From assembly GCA_973895155.1 (NCBI GenBank), contig OZ316893.1, forward strand, positions 10,421,660-10,485,659: a stretch of 64,000 bases of DNA, in the 5' to 3' direction. Origin of the DNA: Marsupella aquatica. Taxonomy: Eukaryota > Plantae > Marchantiophyta. Under the pieces are notes generated by a model. The model saw nothing but the letters and a program-made list of their open reading frames with translations, did no database searches and had not been told where the DNA came from. The position numbers and the translations under genes are program-made. Within the stretch, counting starts at the first letter, position 1, and every line of letters begins with the position of its first letter. Shown one piece after another: positions 11,493 to 23,100 of this stretch.

Positions 11493-12696
11493 CGGTGCAA
11501 GGGCGCCGTTCCTTTTAGGGAGGGCGGACGTGGAGGGAGGAGGCGTGAGTGGGCAGGGCGGGCGCGGATCTCCACGTTTAGGATTAGGATCAGAACCAGG
11601 AGCGGCCCTGACACTTAGCTTAGTGGGATTGCGGTTCCACTGGTAGGAGCAACACTTGTGCTCCTGCCTTACTATACATAGGTAGATTCGGGCAAGTAGA
11701 TTACTGTCAGGTAGATTAGGCTTACGATGCAAAGAATGGCGGATCCACTACCAGGATAAGTACCTGGGCAGCGGGGAGCTCAGGGCCTCTTCTTTAGCAA
11801 GTTTTTAGTTTGCACCAGCCGGGCTGGGATCAAGTAGTACGAGAAGCTCTCGGTTAGTCATACAGTGACCCTTGTGTATATTCATGTTTCCTCATGCCTA
11901 AGAGCTGAATAGAGTTGGCCTCACGGCTTAGTTCGCAGAACTTGTGTATGAGATGTACTGTTTGTATGGCAAGTGCATGGTATGACTCAGTCAGAATGAG
12001 TCATTTTGCTATTTGTGTGTCGCATTAACTTGTGTGAAGAGTGCCCACATCAACAGAAGGAAGGAAAGTAAGCAGGGGAGTGAGAGTTGGATGTGTCGAG
12101 CTGAGAGAGATCTTAGCGGCTTAACCAAGCCTATTGGGGATCATTCCGGCGGCGGAATCCAAACATACCTAACAAGAAGACAGGGGAAGACAGGGGAAGG
12201 CCTATATTAGGCCGGCTACGTATCTCATGACCCGATGAAGGATCTGTCCAGTATATGTGTGTAAAATGTTAATAGTAGTAGTAGAAGGTTAGCAGCGTCC
12301 CATGCCGCTAAGCCACGGAAACGGCCTCGCCAAGCACGAAACCTGCGGGAATCGGCTTGAGCTGGGGGGTTTCTTGGGTTTAGGGAGCCATGGGACGCAC
12401 CACAATCTTGGCCAAACACATTCTTCCTGGCGATAGTAACTGCAAGCAAGGGGGAGACAGGGAGAACAAGGAGAATAGGGAGGCAACTCACAATGGAGCT
12501 AGGTAGCTCATGATCAAGCAACTTGCAATTGCAGCAATAGTAGTCTTAGTAGCAAGCGATTGAGCTCCAGGAAATGACAAACCCGCAGCTGAGTCCTCAA
12601 TTGACAAAATGTTCGCCACTCGACCCTCCTTCCAACTGCAACCGCCAGATAGTAGGAATAAGATAGAGAGGTTGCAGCCTTCTCAGTGATCCAATA

Positions 12697-12985
12697 GCAC
12701 CTCTCTTACCACCTCCGCTCTTAGCACATCCGCTCGCACCTCCGCTCTCAACACCTCCTTTGGCACCTGAGCCGCTCTCAGCACATCCGCTCGCACCTCC
12801 GCTCTCAGCACCTCCTTTGGCACCTGAGCCGCTCTCAGCACCTCCGCTCGCACCTCCGCTTGCACCACCTCCTTTGGCACCTGAGCCGCTCTCAGCACCT
12901 CCGCTCGCACCTCCGCTCGCACCTCCGCTCGCACCACCTCCTTTGGCACCTGAGCCGCTCTCAGCACCTCTGCTCGCACCGCCGC
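12697..12985. repeat. Composite GC-rich minisatellite built from 12-bp and longer codon-multiple units
   Basis: GCACCTCCGCTC and CCTCCTTTGGCACCTGAGCCGCTCTCA units repeated; ORFs stay open across it on both strands. Confidence 0.9.
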
Positions 12986-13742
12986 CCAAACTGAAGCTAC
13001 GTAGCAATCCTCAGCAGTGTGTGACAGAAGCACTCCACTCCAGCTCCACTCCGCTCGAGCTCCACTCCAGCTGCTCTCCGCTCGTAGCTCCTCGGCCAGA
13101 CCGGCGGCCAGAGCAGCTCCCAAATTGCAGCTCCTGCCCGCCCATAGCTCCTCCCAGTCCTAGAGCTCGTCGTCCACTGCAGCTCACCTCTCCACTCCGC
13201 AAGCCGGTCGCCCTCTCAGCTTGAATGCTCTAGAGCTTTGAAGGTAAACCTTCAAGCTCCAAGCGCAAAACTCCCCTACGCGAAGGAACTGCCCCGATCG
13301 CGAAGCACACTCCCCACTTTGTGAGACCGCGCACAATGTGACGACCTTCAGGCACGACGAATGTCCCCGTAATGGACAAGTGAGTTTTTCTGAAACAAAA
13401 CCCTCCGAGTTCCCACGCACATTGAACTGAACTTTGCACTCTGCTGGCGTGTTTAAACCCTAAACAAAACCCGCGCACCCTAAACTCGTGTCCAAAGGCA
13501 CACTCACGCACAAGGCATACCTTAACACTTAGTGACACTTAGTGAACCAAACCCAATGAGCCTCGACCACTTTGCGTTGACATGAGCCGTTGATACACAT
13601 GTTAGTACCCTAAAGCAAATTGGACACAACACTTTGTGAGCAAAGATTAAATGAACGCAACTGTAACCTCTTAGAACGCAACTATAAATTAACCCTTACA
13701 CATGCCACTTAGGGAGGGTGGACAAAGAATGGGGGCCAGACA

Positions 13743-15594
13743 CTACTTTAGCCCTGAATTGAAAATGATATCACCCCAATATTCTTGTCAAAGTTGCCCA
13801 TGAACTCTAAGGAATCCATTGAGCAGCATAAGACTTACTATTATAGAGGCAAGTACTCCCATGCACGTTTAATTAGGCTAGCTAGGATAACTAGCTACAA
13901 TGCTCTTGACATGAAGACATTTAACTAGTTTTGCAACCCTAAACCCCCATTCCTTCTATGTGCACCTAGTGCTCCCGACTCCGCAAGTTGCAAGTCAAGG
14001 GTTGTAAATGGAACATTCCGTGATGTCTAGAGTGCATGTAATCCTTCTTGCACTCTATTTCAGAATGCCGTAATGGAGAGTAGCTTATTCAACTTACATA
14101 TGACTGCCCTACTAGTGTTACAATTGCTACTTTATCAGAAGTTGTAGGAATGACTTTCACAAATATCCCCCAAAAATCAGTTGATAAAATGTAACAACAA
14201 TGACTCCCCTAAACTTGGAGTCATGTATTTTTGAAAGTCTCCCTAAAGTCACAAAGCATAGGGTCTCAAAAGGGGACGTTTTCTTCTAGTGGAGACACCA
14301 TTATGGTGTGGAGTGTATGCAATAGTGAGTTGGCGACGAATTCAGTTGGATGAACAATATTCTTGGAACTCTAAGGAGAGGTATTCACCACCTCTATCAG
14401 TTCGTAGGCATCCAACCCGAGAGGCAAATTGACTTGCAACAGAAGCGCAGAAGTTTTTGAAGGCTGAAAAACTTCTGATTTGAAATGTAGGAAATAAGTC
14501 CATGTATACCGCGTGTAGTCGTCGGTGAATGTGAGCACATGACTAGATCCCGTTAAGGAAGAAACACGTGCAGGGCCCTAGACATCAGAGTGTACCAGCA
14601 CAAAGGGCCTGGTTGTCTGAGTTTGGGAATATTTTGGAATGCGCTCACAAGTCTGCTTTGCCTCCATGCAAGTGCCACAGATTGCCGTGACAGGTGAGAG
14701 TGGAGGCACGCCATCAACTAGTTGAGAGGAACTCATGTGTTATAGCTTCTGAAAGTGAATATGGCCAAGTCGTTTGTGCCAAAGGACAGTATCGGACATA
14801 TTAGTAGTGGCAAGATTACAAGAGGCAGTCGGGGAAGAAAGAGTCCCAAGTTTCGGAGGAGGCTTGCGAACCAGTGTGTAGAAATGGGACATAGGGTCGC
14901 GTGTCCCATGCATGCAAACTTGAAGGTTTTTGTTTGGCACCATACACTGCAAAGAATTGAAGCAAATAGTGTAGCCTAAATCAGCAAGATTTCCAACGGA
15001 GATAAGACTACGGTGGGCACTCGACACATACAAACATTAGGAATTTTATTATGGTCAAGAATGAGAGTGCCCTTGCCCTCAATATCCAGTGCAGCCCCGC
15101 CAGCAGTGGCGACAGAGGACCCAGGGGCAAGAGCTACAAAGTTAGTGAGATTAGACTCGTCACTCGTGAGGTGAGTGTTGGCGCCAGAGTCGAAGATCCA
15201 TTCTGGGTGCCCAGTCTGGGGTGTGATCTCAGAAAAATTGGCCTCCAAGATTTGATCAGCAGTAGTAGTATCGACATTCTCAGGAGCGATATCAAAAAAT
15301 TCTTCAAAATCTGGATTCGAACGAGAGCCAAAGTTGGTTTTTGCAAGGTTGGTAGTACGTCCAGTACCAAGATTGGTCTGATTCAAACGAGTAGTGAGTT
15401 GCTGAAGCTCTGAATTCGAGACCACGAAAAGGGCAGTTGCAAGCAACATGGCTGGGGTCGTGGCAAGTGAAGCAGGCACCACGATTGTTGTTGTTGTAGA
15501 ATGGGGAAACACCACGATTGTTGTTGTTGTGGAATGGGGCAGCAAATCGCCCTCGGCCACCTCCATGGCCGCGGCCACGTCCCCCCGCATGGTT
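13743..15594 (-). pseudogene. Copia A gag C-terminus and pol remnant (zinc knuckle, protease, integrase), frameshifted
   Basis: CFTCHDPSHVACNC, WIFDSGANTHLT, LISVGNL, LWHKRLGH, and degraded integrase core at about 14200-14650. Confidence 0.85.
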
Positions 15595-15609
15595 GAATCT
15601 GTTGAGCAT

Positions 15610-16798
15610 AGACGCCATTTGAAATGAGATATGGGCGTCCAACGGATTACTCACATCTGAGGATTTTTGGATGTGATGCTTATGTGCTTACACCTTCCCA
15701 GCTTCGATCCAAGCTGGAGTCCAAGTCAAAGAAGTGCATTTTCCTTGGCTATTAGAAAGGTGTGAAGGGTTATAGGTTATGGGATCCAGTAACCTGTAAA
15801 CTAATTGTCAGTAGAGATGTGTCCTTTAATGAATCCATATCATCAAAGGAGGGGGAGAGTTCTCAGGACTCCCATACTGACAAGGGGAAATCTCCCATCC
15901 TGGACCGGGTTGAGGGGGAGATTAGTCATGATGTTGTTCATGACAGGAGAGATGGAGAAGCTCTGGGCTTGGAGCTGGTTCTTGTGATGGAACAAGAGGA
16001 GCAGATTGTTGCTGGGGTACCTCAAATTCAGCCAGCAGTAGTAGCAGATTAGCCTGAGTCATCTACTAGAAGAACTTCTAGCCGTTCTACTAGAGCTCCT
16101 ACCAGGTATGGTCAATGGACAGACTCATCTAAGCTAGATGATATTGACATTGCACCTGATGAAGATGTCATGGCTTTGATCTTGGAAGAAGGAGAGCCTT
16201 CTTTGTACAGTGAGGCTTGTGCTTCAGAGCAGAAGCATGAGTGGAATGCAGCAATGCAGAGGGAGTTGCAATCTTTGAGTGACAACAAGACATGGGAGTT
16301 GGTGGAGCTTCCAAGAGGTCAGCAAGTGGTGGACAGCAAGTGGATTTACAAGTTGAAGGATAGTCCTTCAGAGGGTGGAGATAAGATCTACAAGGCAAGG
16401 CTTGTTGCCAAGGGGTTCACTCAGGAGAAAGGAGTGTACTACAATGAGGTCTTTTCACCAGTGGCTAAGTATTCCACAATTCGGATCTTGTGTCAACTTG
16501 TTGTGTTTTTTGGTCTGGTGATGGATCATATGGATGTTGTTACTGCTTTTCTCTATGGCAACTTGGAAGAGTTGATCTTCATGAGACAGCCACTAGGCTT
16601 TATGAAGAAGGGCCAAGAAAACTTAGATTGCAGATTGCTCAAGTCCTTGTATGGATTGAAGCAGTCTCCCAGACAGTGAAACAAGCGGTTTGATGATTTC
16701 ATGCTTGCTCAAGGTTTTACAAGGATGGTGTATGATCCTTGTGTGTATACAAAATCAGTCAAGAATGATGTGTTTGATTTCATCATTCTGGTTATTTA
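15610..16798 (+). pseudogene. Copia integrase tail to reverse transcriptase fragment
   Basis: HLRIFGC, SKKCIFLGY, KGYRLWDP, SRDVSFNE, KWIYKLK, YKARLVAKGFTQ, MDVVTAFLYG, LLKSLYGLKQSPR. It stops just before YVDD and contains internal stops. Confidence 0.9.
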
Positions 16799-17561
16799 AG
16801 TGGTATCAGAGCATGCCTGGGCGATGACGAGGTTTTTTTGTGACAGGTTTTTTGGTATCAGAGCCCCCTTTAGGCCTATTTTAAACCTTTTTTTGCTTCC
16901 TCTTGTTTTACTTGGTGCCGGGACCTGCCGCCCTCCATTTTAATTGCTCCAACAGGGGGAACGGCCCCCTGTGAGACCTGTCGGACTGTGCAGGAATATT
17001 CTCAAAAAACAGAGACTTGTTTTTTGGCCGTCCGACAAAGATTTTGTCCGCCAAACGGTAACTTTTTTGGTTCTTTTTTGGCGAGGACGTTGCCACTGGA
17101 GTTAGCAACGCGGCGCACCGATCACATTGCGATTCCGACGACGGGTTGTACTAGGTATTTTGGTTATTCTCCAAGATGGTCAAAATGGGGGAGTTTCCCA
17201 AGGTTTTACCCACCCCGACGGAAATTTGAATAACATTTCCGTCGAATTTTGATTTTGATTTTGGCTTTCAGTATTGGACTCCTAGCTTTGTGGGTTACGC
17301 GGCGGTGTTGAGTTTTGAATTTTGTGAGAAGTTTTGAAAAAAGACATTTTTTCGTGATTGTTTCATATGAGTGACTCGGAGGATACTGGAAGAATTGGCG
17401 TCGGTGAAGCTTCAAGATCGCGACGGTCAGACGAAGAGTCTGAGGAGGAGCTGCTACCGTTTGAGGAGGAACTAGTATCACTGGTATGATCATCGGTGAG
17501 GCGTGCAGTGGAGGAAGCTGTACTACTACCAGAGCTGTCTGTAGTAGGGAAGAAGAGGAAG

Positions 17562-17966
17562 ATGGCTAGATTTGGAGGAGTGAAGTTTGAGGTGGAGAAG
17601 TACGATGGTCGTACTGATTACTTATTGTGGGAGAAGCAAGTGAAGGGTGTCCTTCAGGCCATGGGCTTAGCTCATCTGCTCTCTTCGCGAGAGCAGTATG
17701 ATGGAGAGGAGGAGATTTTTGTGAGATAGTGGAGACAAGAGCAGGTGATTGTTGTCAATGCAGTGATGCTATATCTCAAGCCACACATCATCAAGTAGCT
17801 GGATGATTATGCGGATTGCGTGTCACTGTTCAAGGCTCTAAGAGAGAAGTACTACCGGGAAGATGCGTCAGACCGGCTGTACAAGAAGTCTCTCTTGATG
17901 AGTCTCAGGCTCAAGGAAGGGAGCAAGATGCAGATCACCTGGATGAATTTGACAGTCTAGCGGTGG
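17562..17966 (+). pseudogene. Copia gag N-terminal fragment, preceded by a PBS (16853-16864) and leader
   Basis: MARFGGVKFEVEKYDGRTDYLLWEKQVKGVL is a typical Copia gag start; frameshifts and stops follow. Confidence 0.8.
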
Positions 17967-18021
17967 AAAAAACCCATCACAAAAAAACCTCGTCATCTCC
18001 CAAGCATGCTCTGATACCACT

Positions 18022-18364
18022 TGTTGAGCATAGACTACATTTGTAACGGCAAGCCATGAACCATCCAACGCACAATAGTCGACACAGAGAGATACGTGGT
18101 TCACCTCCACATGAGGCTACATCCACGGGAACACACAAGAGCTTTACTGCACTCTAGGCCGACCGGCCATACCAAGCATCCACAGCACAAGCTCTCCCTA
18201 TCTCTCAACTAGCTCCATAACAATGAGCCTAAGTTCCACCAGGGTCTGGCATCAGCCTTGGCTATATGCACAACAACACTACCGCTAACATTAGCTAAGT
18301 CCTAACCCGAGTTAGACTAACTATGGTTAGCTCATGAGTCACAAGACTAGAGCAATATCTAACA
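18022..18364 (-). repeat. LTR (343 bp) of the inserted Copia-derived element, with PBS(Met) at 18019-18008
   Basis: Minus strand reads TGTTAG...CTCAACA followed by AG-TGGTATCAGAGC. Confidence 0.85.
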
Positions 18365-19024
18365 GAATCGTCCATGGTTTGCCATAGGAAAAGCACGAGC
18401 AAACATTGCTTCCTCTCCAGCAAAAACACGAGTACCACGTCGACTTTCTTCTCCGCGAATGATGTTTTCCAATTGTGAAAAAGACGGCATATGTTCTCGT
18501 CCTGCAAGAACAGCACCAAAGGTTTCCCAACTACGAGGGAGAGTGTCAATGATTACGCCCTGCAATTCTTCATCAATGAAAGAAACTTCTACAGCAGCAA
18601 GGTCATTAAGCAGCTCATTGACAGTGCTGAAATTAGTAGCCATGGAAGCAGATTTGGGAAAACGTAGACTGAAAAGTTTCCGCTTAAGTACAACACGACG
18701 TGAAGTTGTATTGCTTGCACAAGCATTACGAATCTCTGCCCAAAGGAGTGCAGGATCATCAATTCTGACATAACGAGCAAGCATCTTATCCTCAACTGCC
18801 TTGGTCAGCATGTATAATGCTTTGTTCTGAGCTGTGCAACGCTCAGCAGGAGTGGGATTGACAGGATCATTGTGGTCAAAAATCACTCCAAGAAGATTCT
18901 CCCGCACGACATACCAAATCTTCTCCTTGATGAAACTCTGCTTCATCTTGTAGGACCATAATGGGTAGTTATTCCCATTAAGTTTCTCGTCCTTGGACAT
19001 AGAGAAATTCAAGTCCTGATTCAT
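18365..19024 (-). CDS. Copia A gag, N-terminal part (UBN2-type)
   Basis: KLNGNNYPLWSYKM, LKRKLFSLRF, IIDTLPRSWETF; interrupted at the TSD. Confidence 0.85.
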
Positions 19025-19603
19025 CGTATCGGAGTACTACGGAGAATAAATGCACAGGGAACTGTCGCCTGTGATGTCTGATCAGAAACTACTAAACAAA
19101 TACGTGAGCGATACTTACCGACTCACTAGTAAAGATAGCTACAGATCAGGAATTAGTAAACGACTACGTGAGTGATACTTACCAACTCACTTCTAGAGAT
19201 AGCTACAGTAGAAGGTGACGACCCACAGGTTTTATCCTGGGGAGGCTCTGATACCATAAAGACAACTAGAATCTTGATTCAATGAATGAATGTTTAAGGG
19301 AAACGGGGGTCCCACATATATACCCCCTGAGTGACAATCGATCAAGATACATCTAAGGGTAGAAGACAAAGACCTAAAGATCTACGGTACAGGCTAATAG
19401 CATACATACAACGAACTAGTGAATCATCACAATAGACATCCGGATAATAAGGCGTGAAATCCGGGGAGTGGACTCAGATACATGTTTGAGTACAATCATG
19501 TATTAACACTTAGAAGCGCATGATACTTTGCACAATAGTCATGGGCCAAAGTAACTGTCAACACTCTCATATGTAAAGGATCCTATATGTAAAGGATCCT
19601 TAG

Positions 19604-20132
19604 TTGGGGGAGATGGGGACGTTGGCAGCTCTAGCACTTTCATACAAGATCTCTCGGGTACAGTATGGGCAGTCTTCTTTGACTAGTGAGCAGAATGTCA
19701 GAGTGGCGTTCACGCATACCCATTTAAAAACCTTGGAGTGCTGGAACCCCATTTATAGGGATTCTTGTTACAAGAGGGGCAGAGTAAGAACTTTCCTGGG
19801 AGATTTCAAGGGAGCCTTGGAAGATCTCACTGCCGCATTGGAAGTGTTCTCAAATGCAGATGATTGGCACGAATATATGTTTGGCTGTTGGAAGCAACGA
19901 GGCTATGCGAATTATGTCTTCCGTTGTATTGGGCGTAACAAACTGGATTATTAAAATCTAGTGACTCAGGGACACCCAAACAGAAACGTTGCATTGTAGA
20001 CTTCCCAACATTGCCATTCAGATAGCTCCACTTGTTGTCAATGGACATCCAGTTTCCGCAGGTCAGTGAGAGAAAGAAGGAAGAAGAACGGAGACAAGAC
20101 CCGGAAGAAAGGTTTTGGCAAGGGGATGAATA
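19604..20132 (+). pseudogene. Tetratricopeptide-repeat gene fragment
   Basis: CYKRGRVRTFLGDFKGALEDLTAALE and WKQRGYANY fit TPR helices. No clear start; the frame breaks after 19954. Confidence 0.5.
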
Positions 20133-23100
20133 AAAGTTGCATGACAACCAACGAGGAGAAGTGAACCGCCAGCTTCATGATGGAATAGAGGGAAGAACTC
20201 TTTCAGCCTTGCTAACAGTAAGTTGATGATGGAGTCTAGTTTGTAATCATCACTGCGCAAGTATGTGAGTTGACAGCTTCAACAACGATGGGATTGAATA
20301 CTGACTCAGCGTGTTACTTTGCTGGTATGCTGCAGCACTCGGGAACTGTTTAGTGTTATTAAAAAAAGGACTCCTGTTCAATAAGATTGTGATCTCATAT
20401 GATTCAAAAAGTATGCTGATAAAAAATTGATGATTGTGAGACTTAATGTGCCTCTCCTTTCTTGTCTAAATGACCTAACTTGCATCTTTAGCACGTCTAG
20501 ATGTTTACGGTACAGTCAACTGGATTAAGTGTTTCTTTGTGTGTTGCACTGGCCAGCTTAGGAATCATGGTGGTGTGATACATGTTCATTGGACCTACAT
20601 CAATGTTGTTGTAGAAGCCTTGACGCCACTAGTGCCACGTTTTGCCAAGTGCTTTATTCAGCCCTTCTGTCAAAGGAATTTTCAGGTCAGCAAAGCGTGG
20701 TTTGGTTCTTCCTCTCCAAGTCAAGGTGCAACAAATGCTACCAGTCAAATTTGAATTTTTGCTCCTTCAGTAGTGTCCAATATCTCTCCGAAAGACCATC
20801 TTCCGTCTCCGAGTATGTGATTCTGCACATACATGTTAGAAATTAGTTAATTTCTGTCCGATGTGATGTACTTGAAAATTCTTCTGTGACATGTCATATC
20901 GTGATTCACCGCTAAATTTTGATCATGTAAATTGAATGCAGGGAAAGATTTATGTGTCCTGGACTCATAAATCTGTATCTATATATAAGGCCTTGAATTC
21001 TGATGTTAACACACTTTAGCTTTTGCCTCACGTCGGATACCTGTGAGAACAAGCTTAGTATAGGGTTTTGCTACGTTTAACAGGCATTTCCTTTTCCACC
21101 TCTTCAGGGAAGGACACTCTTCAGTTCGACTCCTTTGCACTAGATTGATATCTAATCTACTTACAAATGCACCCGTGGCCTGTAGAAACTGCTTTACCTC
21201 TTGTCACTGTACATTTTCTGTTAGTAACTCTTCGTTGCTGATATCTGCATGGGGTGGATCGAATTGTTCTAGTTGTTGATTATGTTTCTAGCATTAAAAG
21301 ATTCTCGAATAGTTGATGATTTTCTGCAAGTTTAAAAGTTGTCATACGTAGTTTTCTACATGGCTTTCTTGTTTGACGCATCAGAGGACCCCCCCCTTTT
21401 TGGTTCACTGATCGATGGTGCTTCTCTCCAAGTTGCTATGCATCATCAGCTTTAGTTTGCATGTTGTTTTCTTATTGCTACTCTGAAACATTCCTAAAGG
21501 AACCTCTAGCCTCTGGTATTTGTCATTGGACGTTTCGGGCTCGGGTTCGGGCTACCGGGCCCTCTCTGGTATTTGTAAATGTTTCTTTTTTCATCTCTCT
21601 ATTTGATAAGAACTATTGTGATCATTTATTCAAAATCCTTGTGGATAAACTGCAGGTTCTTCAAAAGCGACACATTGCGGTGAATCACTTCTGACCTGAC
21701 TGGAGACACACCATTTTTTATTTATCACTTTCTGACCTGATTGGAGACACACCTGCGTCATTGCAAATTTCTGTAAGTCTGCCATTTATGACAACTCTGC
21801 AGGTGAATGCTTTTAGATGTCCCTCAGTGCTGTCGAAGGTGCTGGGAACAAAGTAGAGAAATATATTATTTTGTGCTCTAGGCTAAGACATTTGCAAATT
21901 GAGAATCCCAGTTGCCCAGGTGTTGGACAATTATGATGTCTGTATGGACTTCTGGTGTCGAGTCAGAACGCCAAAGGCAGACTTGAGCACATCCCAGGGA
22001 AACGTCGACCATTGCGCCCAATTTCTGAAACATCTCTGCAAGTCGCTCTTGTTCTTTTGTTGTCCAGAAGGGCCCAATTAGAACTCGTTGAACTATAACG
22101 CATATTGAAAACCTTCTCGGTGATTGCTGCTACAGAGTGATGGCAAGCTGATAGATCACTGTGTCTCACAAAGTCAATCTATGTAGAACCGGGGATAATA
22201 TACAACACAAGGCACGACATTGGTAAAACTTCCAGATTTAACTGGTGACCAAATGTGAGAGACCCATCAGTCAAAAAATCAAATAAACTGTCGAGAACAC
22301 GGTAGGCACATCGCTGCACCCATCAAAACCTATATCAATATTGTAACACACAGAAGTATGGTGTTATGTCAAATTCTAGCACCGCAAGCAATAAGGGAGT
22401 CGCCTGCCTGGGGAAACTATTGATGGAGGTGTTTCTTTTGCTGGAACTAAATCCCATACTAGACCTATCTGAAGGGTAGTGACTGTTAAAATGCAATTTG
22501 GGCAAACTTACTTAGCCAGGCATGAGTGTGACTCTTGTTTTGGCAAACTTGCTTAACCAGGCATGACTGGTGACTCTTTCTTGACAAAAGGTGGCATGAC
22601 ATGACAAAAGCAGCAGACAGGAAGGATTTGCATGAAAACTTTGGCAGCAAAATCGATGTGAAAAAGTTATGCAAAGGATTGGTTGGCATGAAAACTGTTT
22701 GGCAGCCACATCAATGTCAAAAAGTTTTTCAGAACAAGCACCAACACACAGTAATCATGACTTTAGGAGTAGGTCTAGTGCAGCATTTTAAATTTGAAAC
22801 ATTTCCCTCGTGCAGACTTTGCGTTGTTGATAGAGAGTACTCACTGAGTCAGATGACTGTGCTTGAGAAACAGGACAAAAGACAAAAGTGTACTGGATAT
22901 TAAAGCAAGAGGCCAGGCTGCCCTGCCCTAGGTGATTTTTGGGGATATGGCCCCGTTGACAAGAAAATGGACCAATTTACTAAAAAGGGCCAAGCAAAGT
23001 ACAATGGACCAAAAGCAAAAGAGGTCAGGCGAGGACAAATATCAAACACAAAAGAAGAGTGAAAATCTGCCTTCCCCAACATGTGGGTCAACATAGGGTT

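Larger units (their letters stand above)
15600..18364. mobile_element. Chimeric, rearranged Copia-derived insertion with 5-bp TSD GAATC
   Basis: GAATC at 15595-15599 and 18365-18369. Removing the insert restores Copia A gag (..NHGRF|NHAGGRG..). Ends are TG...CA. Confidence 0.85.
13743..19563 (-). mobile_element. Ty1/Copia LTR retrotransposon A, 3'-truncated after the integrase and interrupted by an insertion at 15600-18364
   Basis: PBS(Met) TGGTATCAGAGC at 19256-19245. 5' LTR about 19257-19563 (outer end uncertain, alternative 19508). Gag, zinc knuckle, protease, GAG-pre-integrase and integrase remnants occur in Copia order. Confidence 0.85.

Noticed and set aside
13741-13750. CACTAC as a possible CACTA left end
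   Set aside because: No subterminal repeats or partner TIR; it lies at the junction with Copia integrase sequence.
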